Source of the DNA: a virus
Taxonomy: Duplodnaviria; Caudoviricetes
Length of the DNA: 52,056 bases
Virus record (IMG/VR): IMGVR_UViG_3300048592_000456
Coordinates: 1-52,056 of that record
Reading direction: 5' to 3' (one strand)
A model generated the notes under the pieces. That model saw nothing but the letters and a program-made list of their open reading frames with translations, had not been told where the DNA came from and did no database searches. This document shows, in pieces, positions 45,405 through 52,056 of this stretch (its first letter is position 1; the number at the start of each line of letters is the position of its first letter). Position numbers and translations under genes: made by a program.

Positions 45405-46735
45405 CAGCGCTTGTCCTCCGGGAGCCACGAACCGGCCCAATGGTGGGCGCCGAACGCCCACGGCTGTTCCTCGTCGTGCCGGCGCGCGCGGTGCGTCCGG
45501 GCCTGAGTGTAGTGGTACGGGTAGAAGGCCCCGGGCGGCAGGAGCAGCACGTCGGCGCGCCACGGCAGGACCGTCGTGAGCACGCCCGGGCCGGTCGCCT
45601 CCGGGATGTCCTCCACGCCGGCCGTGAGGCGCGAGACGGCCACGTCGATGCACTCGCGGATGGCCGGGTGCGCCGGCGCCGCGCCGATGACCGCGTTGGG
45701 CACGCGCCGGGCGTCCTCCCATGCCGCGAATGCCGACAGGGGCAGCAGCGCGTCCAGCGGGCGGTACGGCTCCACGTCGCTGTCCACGTAGACGCCGCCC
45801 TCGTTCCAGAGCGCCTCCAGCCGCACGAGGTCGGCCAGTTGCGCGCCATGGCGGACGCGGTGCCAGTGGGGGGACGTGAGGGGGAACCGGGCCGGGTCGA
45901 TGGGGTCGCGCCACGTGCGGAACTCCCACCCGGGATGGAGCCGCTGCCACGCGTCCCACCACGCCTCAACCTGCGCCGATGTTTCACGTGGAACGGTCCG
46001 GTGGAGGATGCGCGGGATGCCGGCGCCCGACGTGTCCACCGCCGGCGACGCCTCCGACCGGATGGCCCGGACGGCCTCGGCGTTGCCGCGGACCGCGAGG
46101 TAGCGGGCGGCCCGGGCGCGGTTCCGGTTGTGCGACGGCGTGCCCCGCTTGCCCTCCGGCGCGGTCGCGTGCCAGAGGTGCCAGAGGTCCCCGTCGATGC
46201 GGGCGATGGGCGGCCCGAACGTCTCGCACAGGACCGCGAAGGCGTTGTCCTCGAAGCCCCACCCGACGAACGCCTCATCGAAGCCGCCGGTGGCCTCCCA
46301 GAGCGGCCGCGGGACGGCGATGACGCTGCTCACCATGTCCCGGTAGGTCCGGGCCACGTGCCGCTCCCACGAGCCCGCGTAGCCCGCCATGACGCGCTGG
46401 CTGCCGGTCCGGTTCAGGTCCTTGCGGACGGTGTACGGCATGACCATGCCGCCGGTCATCAGCGCGCGCTCGACGGCCGCACGGGTCCGCGCCGGGTCGC
46501 AGATGACATCGGAGTCGATGATGACCGCCGCGTCCCACTCGCCGGCGTTCCGGGCGGCCCGGTTGATGGCGAGCGAGCGGTTGAAGAGCCCATCGCCGGC
46601 AGGGTGGTGCCCCTCCACGATGGGCCAGTCGGGGAAGTGCCGGGACCACCAGTCCCGGCACCATGCCCAGAGCGCATCCCGGTCGGGTTGGCCGTCGCGC
46701 CGGGGGACCAGCACGACGGTCCGGGTCGCCGTCAC
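45401..46735 (-). CDS. Two-domain glycosyltransferase (GT2/GT7-like plus GT32/OCH1-like)
   Basis: N-terminal FNRSLAIN..IIDSD..GGFDEAFVGWGFEDNAF..LWHLWH; C-terminal IPRILH..ADLVRLEALWNEGGVYVDSDVE..NAVIGAAPAHP..TGPG..HHWAGSW. Confidence 0.9.
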   Translation of the reverse strand: MTATRTVVLVPRRDGQPDRDALWAWCRDWWSRHFPDWPIVEGHHPAGDGLFNRSLAINRAARNAGEWDAAVIIDSDVICDPARTRAAVERALMTGGMVMPYTVRKDLNRTGSQRVMAGYAGSWERHVARTYRDMVSSVIAVPRPLWEATGGFDEAFVGWGFEDNAFAVLCETFGPPIARIDGDLWHLWHATAPEGKRGTPSHNRNRARAARYLAVRGNAEAVRAIRSEASPAVDTSGAGIPRILHRTVPRETSAQVEAWWDAWQRLHPGWEFRTWRDPIDPARFPLTSPHWHRVRHGAQLADLVRLEALWNEGGVYVDSDVEPYRPLDALLPLSAFAAWEDARRVPNAVIGAAPAHPAIRECIDVAVSRLTAGVEDIPEATGPGVLTTVLPWRADVLLLPPGAFYPYHYTQARTHRARRHDEEQPWAFGAHHWAGSWLPEDKRW

Positions 46736-47043
46736 TTCGTGAGTCCGCCCTGCGTCACCTGATGGACGCCCACGGCTGCGGTCGCGCAGGTCAGCCACGC
46801 CACGAACACGACCAGCCCCTCATCCAGCGTGTCCACGCCGACCGCGATACCGGCCAGCAGGAACAGGACGGCCGAAGCGATGAAGGCGAGCGATGCGCCG
46901 GTCACGCGAGCGGCGACGGCCGGGAACGTCCGGAGGATGAGCGCCACGAGCCCCGTGATGATGGTCGCTGCCACGCCAGCCCCGGCGGCCGTGAGCAGGA
47001 TGGCGAACGTCAGGTTATCCGGGGTCGGGTCGATGGGGGTCAT
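46732..47043 (-). CDS. Holin-like membrane protein
   Basis: Three hydrophobic segments; downstream of the lysin candidate. Confidence 0.7.
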   Translation of the reverse strand: MTPIDPTPDNLTFAILLTAAGAGVAATIITGLVALILRTFPAVAARVTGASLAFIASAVLFLLAGIAVGVDTLDEGLVVFVAWLTCATAAVGVHQVTQGGLTK

Positions 47044-47162
47044 CCGTTGTCCTCCTGCGCCGGCTCATCCGGCTCATCATCGGGCGCCGGCACGGGTCCG
47101 TCCCGGAAGTCGGGCGGCTCATCGTCCGGCGTGGTCACGACGGGCGGGCGCTCGTCGCTCAT
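47040..47162 (-). CDS. Small acidic Pro-rich peptide (40 aa)
   Basis: Fills the gap exactly with TGATG and ATGA overlaps. Confidence 0.5.
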   Translation of the reverse strand: MSDERPPVVTTPDDEPPDFRDGPVPAPDDEPDEPAQEDNG

Positions 47163-48166
47163 CACAGCACCGGGTCCGGGAACGTCACGGCGTCGTGCGC
47201 CGTGCGTGCGGACTCCCATGCCGCCAGCCGCTCGATGAGCGGTGCTGTCGCGGCGCTCACGGCCGCGTCGATGAGGGGCTGGCAGTCGCCCGGCGCCGGC
47301 GCCTCCGTGATGGTCACGTCCCGGGCGCGCACGTACTCGCCGGCGCGCGGCCCGGACGCGAGCAGGACCATGCGCGTCTCCGGCACGCCCGGGCGGTCCG
47401 GCCGGTTGCTCACGCGGACGGTCGCGATGGTGGTCCCCGTGCTCGCGACCCGGGTGTCCTTCTGCGGGACGAGCGTCATGGCGCGCGGGTCCCATGCCCA
47501 CGTCGGGGTCCCCTTCGGGACGGTCACGGTCGCCGGCGGCCCGTAGGCGCGGTCCGGGATGATGGCGGTGCTCATGGCGGCTCCCTTCTCCAGTGTCATG
47601 CCCCAGACGCCGGACCGGGTGACCATCCCGGCGGCCTCGATGGCGTCGCGGATGATGGGCCAGCGGACCCACTCGCCCTCCGCGTCATCGGTCCGGAGCC
47701 CATCGACCCACCAGACCTCGCGCGACCCGGAGCGCCGGCGCATGTCCACCACGCCGGCGGCATGGTTCCGGGTGAAGGTGGGCGACCATCGCCGGAGCCG
47801 GTCGGGCAGGGCGTCGTACTTGACGCCGGCGGTGAACGTCAGCCGGCCTCCCTCGATGGCCGCCAGCAGCGCATCCTCGTCCCACGCGCCGTACTCGAAC
47901 GGCACCCACGGGATGATGAGCGCGGCGCCCCGGAGCATGTCGGCGCCGGTGGTCCCCTGCGCTCCGGACGGGCCGACCTCGGGCACGCCGGTCGCATCGC
48001 GCCACGCGCGGATGAGGCGCCGGCGGTCGGGGATGTTGACACCGCCGAAGACGAGGTGCCGGGCGCCGTCCACGAGCCGGCAGTTCGTGTACGGCGGGGA
48101 CTCGACGCTCCGCTGGCGGACGATGACTCGACGGCCGGGCGTCCCGGCGGTCACGAGCGGCGGCAT
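47162..48166 (-). CDS. Putative endolysin, C39-like cysteine peptidase
   Basis: RQ......YTNC, GTTGADM, NHAAGV, VWWVDG triad pattern; flanked by membrane-protein genes; ATG 48166. Confidence 0.6.
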   Translation of the reverse strand: MPPLVTAGTPGRRVIVRQRSVESPPYTNCRLVDGARHLVFGGVNIPDRRRLIRAWRDATGVPEVGPSGAQGTTGADMLRGAALIIPWVPFEYGAWDEDALLAAIEGGRLTFTAGVKYDALPDRLRRWSPTFTRNHAAGVVDMRRRSGSREVWWVDGLRTDDAEGEWVRWPIIRDAIEAAGMVTRSGVWGMTLEKGAAMSTAIIPDRAYGPPATVTVPKGTPTWAWDPRAMTLVPQKDTRVASTGTTIATVRVSNRPDRPGVPETRMVLLASGPRAGEYVRARDVTITEAPAPGDCQPLIDAAVSAATAPLIERLAAWESARTAHDAVTFPDPVL

Positions 48167-48348
48167 GGGCGCCCCGGGTGCGTGTTCTGACGCGCCGAGT
48201 CTACCTGTCCTGTCGAGCGCCACGCAGCGCGAGCCAGCGCGCGACCGTGACGGTGGCGACGCCGACGAGGATGCCCGCGAGGAACGCGCTGGTGACCATG
48301 CCCCGATGATGCCGGACCACCGGGTGCCGGCGGCATGAGCAGATGTAC

Positions 48349-48618
48349 CTACGTTCGGGTGCCCATCAGCGCGTAGATGCCGCCCATGAGCGCCGATGAC
48401 CGGGTGATGGCCCGGAGCACGTCCCCGGTCCCGCGGTCCGCCACGAGGTCGAGCACGGCGGCCGCGGTGCCGGCGCCGATGACGAGCACGAGCGTCACGA
48501 TGGCCGCGTGCCAGACCTCGACGGGCGGGAGCCCGTGACGGCACCGCCATCCGGTCAGGAGCCAGAACCCGCACGCCGCCCATCCGACGCCTGCGAGCGC
48601 CATCTGCTCGGGCGTCAC
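48349..48618 (-). CDS. Membrane protein
   Basis: Two to three hydrophobic segments; GTGA overlap. Confidence 0.65.
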   Translation of the reverse strand: MTPEQMALAGVGWAACGFWLLTGWRCRHGLPPVEVWHAAIVTLVLVIGAGTAAAVLDLVADRGTGDVLRAITRSSALMGGIYALMGTRT

Positions 48619-48851
48619 TTCGGACCCGGGAACAGCCGCGACAGACCCTCCAGCCCGAGCAGCGTCAGGGTGGTCCCGAAGGCCATCCCGAAGACCACGC
48701 TGTCCACCCGGAAGGACGGGTCCCGGAACAGCCGGCCGAGCACGTCGGCGGCGATGAGGAACACGTCGATGGCGAGGAACACGGCGATGGCCGCGCGCCG
48801 ATACGCCGAGAGAGGGTCCGGTCCGGTCCCCTTCGGCCGGTCAGTCGCCAC
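48615..48851 (-). CDS. Membrane protein (holin-like, two TM)
   Basis: AAIAVFLAIDVFLIAADVL and VVFGMAFGTTLTLLGL. Confidence 0.6.
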   Translation of the reverse strand: MATDRPKGTGPDPLSAYRRAAIAVFLAIDVFLIAADVLGRLFRDPSFRVDSVVFGMAFGTTLTLLGLEGLSRLFPGPK

Positions 48852-49062
48852 GGTGGCGCGGATGGCCGGCGAGCGCTGGCAGGACCACGAACCAGAGCAT
48901 GAGTGCCAGCACCACGCCGACGACCACACCAGCGCTGAACGCGATGCTCACGACGGCTCCTATCACGAGGGAGATTGTACCCGCCAGCCTGCCGGGCACA
49001 AGGGCCGACTGGTCCTTGCGGACGGTGGTAGCGGCGCGTCGGGCGCGTGACAGCCCGGTCAC
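48841..49062 (-). CDS. Membrane protein
   Basis: GTGA overlap; long hydrophobic stretch. Confidence 0.55.
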   Translation of the reverse strand: MTGLSRARRAATTVRKDQSALVPGRLAGTISLVIGAVVSIAFSAGVVVGVVLALMLWFVVLPALAGHPRHRGD

Positions 49063-49835
49063 CGGGGGAGCACCAGACCGGCCCACGAGCGCCGGCGGTA
49101 GCCGTCCGGGACGAACAGCCCCACGTCGGTCCGCTCGTGGAACCCGGACATCGCGACGGCCGCCTGCGACCGGGCGCCGCCGCCGGCGGCGGGTGGCGTG
49201 AAGATGTCCGCGCTGAACTCAATCCACGGCCGGTTGAAGAGGTTGTTCGATGAGGCGTCGCCGGTCGGGAGGTCGGACCCACCGTCGCCGGCGCCGAAAT
49301 ACATGTACCCCTGACACGTGGTCCGGGTGGACTCCGTGCGCATCCCTATCTCGGCCACCACGCGGCTCGTGGCATTGACGGTCGTGTATGACGAGATTGC
49401 CGTGGAGCCGTTGCGCGGCAGGTTGCGTGTATTCGCGGACGGGCTGTTCATTTCGGTGCCGCCCGAGTTGGCGCCGCCGAGCAACGTGTGGACGAGCGCC
49501 CCGCCGCTGTCCACGACGTAGAGCCCGAGTTGGGTATACATGTTGTCCGACGTGTTGCCCTCGCGGCACACGATGACGCCCTGCACGGTCCCGCTGATGA
49601 GCACGCCGGACGGCAGGGTGTCGGTCATGAACTGGCCGAAGGCGATGTCACACGGGTTGGACCCGTTGCCGAGGTTCGTCGTGAAGTGGTTCGTGTTGGT
49701 ATTGCCGTCGCCGGTGGTCCGGAGCCGCTTCGTCGTGAAGGCCCCGCTGATGTTCTGCTCCCATAGGCTGCCGACCTGCGCGCCGATGTTGAACGCGGCG
49801 GCCTGACTGTCACAGAAGTAGAGCTTGGTCGCCAT
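49059..49835 (-). CDS. Putative receptor-binding / tail accessory protein
   Basis: TAATG overlap; Asn/Thr/Gly-rich beta-type sequence; visibly more A/T codons than its neighbours. Confidence 0.55.
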   Translation of the reverse strand: MATKLYFCDSQAAAFNIGAQVGSLWEQNISGAFTTKRLRTTGDGNTNTNHFTTNLGNGSNPCDIAFGQFMTDTLPSGVLISGTVQGVIVCREGNTSDNMYTQLGLYVVDSGGALVHTLLGGANSGGTEMNSPSANTRNLPRNGSTAISSYTTVNATSRVVAEIGMRTESTRTTCQGYMYFGAGDGGSDLPTGDASSNNLFNRPWIEFSADIFTPPAAGGGARSQAAVAMSGFHERTDVGLFVPDGYRRRSWAGLVLPR

Positions 49836-50725
49836 TACGAGCGGTACCCGAAGATGGCGACCACGACGCGGGTGACCGTGGTCGCGCTGTCCACGTTGAA
49901 CCGGAGGGTGCTGTCGGCCGGGACCGACGTATCCCACGAGGTCAGCGTCGTGTCCTTCGACTTCGTGGCGCTGCTGATGGTCGGCGGGGTCCCGGCGCCC
50001 GGGAGCGAGTCGGCGTCGGTCGGCGGGTAGTTGGCGTAGGTGTCATTCCAGATGTCCACGACGATGCTGCCGGACTGGTCCGCGAGCATGACCACGCCCG
50101 TCACGGTGAAGGCGTCGGGCACGTACAGGTCACCCTTGACGCCCGTCGTGATGGCCGACCCGCCGCCGTCGATGACGAACTCGTAGACCACGCGCTCGGT
50201 CGCCCGGGCGTGCCGGTGGCCGGCGTCCGCGACCTCGCCCGTGGAGCCGGCGAGCACCGTGTCCCCGGGCGCGGATGCCGCGATGTCCCCCGACTCCCCG
50301 AAGTCGATGGACGATGCCGCCTCGCGGGCGTGACGGTGGTCCGCCCGGGCGACCTCATCGAGCACGCCGGCGGCGGCCGTGTCGCCCGGAGCGCTCGCGG
50401 CCACGTCGCCGGACTCGCCCCAATCGAGCGCCGCCGTGATGGTGGCGGCGGACGGGAACGGGTGGACGTGCCCGGCGTCCGCGACCTCGCCACTGGAGCC
50501 GGCTGATGCGGCCGCGCCGATGGTCAGGGTGCCGATGTCCCCGGCCTCCCCGAAGTCGAGCGTGACGCCCGGCGTGAGCCACGTCCCCCACGTGGTCCCA
50601 TCGTCGCTCGTCTGGTAGATGAGCCCGTGGTCCGAGCACGCGTAGAGCGTGCCCTTCACGAGCCCCGACGTGGGTCGGGCGGCATGGGTCCCGGTGAGCA
50701 GGATGCCGTTGACCGTGGCCGCCAT
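49835..50725 (-). CDS. Tail fibre protein with three internal HxH repeats
   Basis: Three copies of D(F/W)GExGD...AG...EVAxAxHxH; RBS AGGAGGT. Confidence 0.7.
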   Translation of the reverse strand: MAATVNGILLTGTHAARPTSGLVKGTLYACSDHGLIYQTSDDGTTWGTWLTPGVTLDFGEAGDIGTLTIGAAASAGSSGEVADAGHVHPFPSAATITAALDWGESGDVAASAPGDTAAAGVLDEVARADHRHAREAASSIDFGESGDIAASAPGDTVLAGSTGEVADAGHRHARATERVVYEFVIDGGGSAITTGVKGDLYVPDAFTVTGVVMLADQSGSIVVDIWNDTYANYPPTDADSLPGAGTPPTISSATKSKDTTLTSWDTSVPADSTLRFNVDSATTVTRVVVAIFGYRS

Positions 50726-50734
50726 GGTGACCTC

Positions 50735-51640
50735 CTACGCCGGACCGTAGGCCATGATGGCCTGACCGGTCGTCTCATCGAGCACGATGGTACCCGGCAC
50801 CGCTCCGTCCATGAGGGGTCGCCAGATGTACGGCGCCGCTCCGGGCGACTCAGGCACCCAAGAGCCGCCGCTGCGCACCAGATGGTCCCCGGATGCCGCC
50901 CCGGCCGTCGCAACGTCGCTCAGGTCATCCAGCGCGCCCGTGACGGCGTGCACGTGGTCCCGGCGGGCCGCCACGGCCGCGGCGCCGACCGAGCCCGACC
51001 CGCCGAGCGGGGATGCCGCCGGCGTGGTCGCGTCGAAGGCGAGGATGGTCGCGTCCCGGCGGATGGCCTCCGCGATGGACCCGGCCGCGTTCGCGGTGCC
51101 CAGCGTGAGCGCCGGCGTGCCGTACGTGACCGGGGTCACGGACCCGACCGTCTGCACGGCGCCCCGGAGGACCACGAGCGCCTTGTTGCCGGCGGTGCCC
51201 GAGGACTGGAAGGTCCCGAACGCGCCGATGCCGGCGGTCGCGCTGCTGTAGGCGGTGCCGTCCGTGGCGTGCGCGTACGCGTACTCGCCGCGCGTCGCGG
51301 TGCCGCCCAACCGGACGAGGGTGGTCCCCGACACGAGCACGGCCACCTGCGACACGTCGGGCGCGTCGCCCTCGATGAGCGTCTCGATGTCATCGGGGTC
51401 CCAATACCCGACCACGACGCCGAGGACCGTGACCTCATCCGTGGTCGTGGTCAGGACGATGCGCGGGTCGTTGTACGTGCCGGCGAGCCGGACGAGCGAG
51501 TGGAGCGTGATGGTGGAGCCGGTCCGGTTGATGCACTGCTTGATGACGCCGTGCGCCCACCCGGAGCGGTTGCCGGTCCCGCCGTTCACGCGCCGGAGGG
51601 TCTTCTGCACCTGCCGGCGCAGGTTCACGAGCCCGTTCAT
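50735..51640 (-). CDS. Tail fibre / minor tail protein
   Basis: ATGA overlap at 51640; AARRDHVH and LDDLSDV...GDHLVRSGGSWVP fibre motifs. Confidence 0.7.
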   Translation of the reverse strand: MNGLVNLRRQVQKTLRRVNGGTGNRSGWAHGVIKQCINRTGSTITLHSLVRLAGTYNDPRIVLTTTTDEVTVLGVVVGYWDPDDIETLIEGDAPDVSQVAVLVSGTTLVRLGGTATRGEYAYAHATDGTAYSSATAGIGAFGTFQSSGTAGNKALVVLRGAVQTVGSVTPVTYGTPALTLGTANAAGSIAEAIRRDATILAFDATTPAASPLGGSGSVGAAAVAARRDHVHAVTGALDDLSDVATAGAASGDHLVRSGGSWVPESPGAAPYIWRPLMDGAVPGTIVLDETTGQAIMAYGPA

Positions 51641-52056
51641 CGGCTGATGCGGTACTGGAAGGTCACCACGTCGGAGCCCTCCCCGGCGGCGGACGGTCCC
51701 TCGGGCGCCCGGTTCAGGGTCACGGTGCCGGCATCCTCGTCGTACGTGTAGTCGCGGGACGTGAGGATGAGCCCGTTGACGTTCACCTTCGGCACGCCGG
51801 CGCCGTCCCAATACGGGAGTTCGAACGTGCGATTGGTCCCGTCGATGTCACCGATGCCGACCGTCCACGGCGAGAGCCCCTTGGCCGGCGCGCCCACGAG
51901 GTACGTGGCCGTGCACGTCGGCGCGTTCACCTGCCCCGACCCTCCCTCGCCACCGGACCCGGACGCGCCCATCGGGCCGTTGGCCGGGGTCACTAGGTCC
52001 TGCGCGCAGAAGAACCCCGTCTCCGCGAGGGTGTCCCAGCCGGCGCCGATGACGAA
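51637..52056 (-). CDS. C-terminal part of the junction-spanning tail protein
   Basis: FVIGAGWDTLAETGFFCAQDLVTPANG...GDIDGTNRTFEL...VNVNGL....DYT...TVTLNRAP; in frame with 1564..1. Confidence 0.8.
   Translation of the reverse strand, partial: FVIGAGWDTLAETGFFCAQDLVTPANGPMGASGSGGEGGSGQVNAPTCTATYLVGAPAKGLSPWTVGIGDIDGTNRTFELPYWDGAGVPKVNVNGLILTSRDYTYDEDAGTVTLNRAPEGPSAAGEGSDVVTFQYRISR
52029..52056. repeat. Terminal direct repeat, right copy
   Basis: Identical to 1-28. Confidence 0.97.

Noticed and set aside
353-51751. Many long plus-strand and alternate-frame ORFs (e.g. 1883-3295, 13160-14974, 22386-24272, 25613-27166)
   Set aside because: Shadow ORFs of high-GC minus-strand genes; Arg/Gly/Pro-rich, no motifs or RBS

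Overview
The window is an apparently complete, circularly assembled genome of a very GC-rich tailed phage with siphovirus-type organisation. Bases 1-28 equal bases 52029-52056, and one tail gene reads in frame across that junction, giving a unit length of 52,028 bp. Almost all genes are on the minus strand. In transcription order they are: tail fibre, lysis and glycosylation genes (51.6-43.2 kb); early accessory, recombination and replication genes (42.6-24.3 kb); a transporter/ParB/cupin/PAPS-reductase/ParB operon running into the terminase (24.2-17.2 kb); a small inverted cassette; and the portal, head, tail and tape measure genes (15.2 kb to the junction). I recognised no integrase, DNA polymerase, helicase, tRNA, CRISPR array or reverse transcriptase. 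The strongest unexplained signals are: (1) about ten dispersed copies of a composite element (GGTAC(C) boxes, a palindrome GT(G/T)GACA(T/A)GTCCAC over the -35, a -10, an ATCG start, a CCGGC-N6-GCCGG hairpin and an RBS) heading small-gene cassettes; (2) a probable packaging-linked DNA-modification operon with its own solute importer; (3) a four-gene glycosyl/methyl-transferase cluster coupled to the holin; (4) a MuF-metallopeptidase with a putative immunity gene, and an ADP-ribosyltransferase-like gene; (5) strong avoidance of GATC and other palindromes through synonymous codons. All functional calls come from motif recognition by eye, not database searches. The host is unknown; a high-GC Actinomycetota or Chloroflexota host is only an inference.
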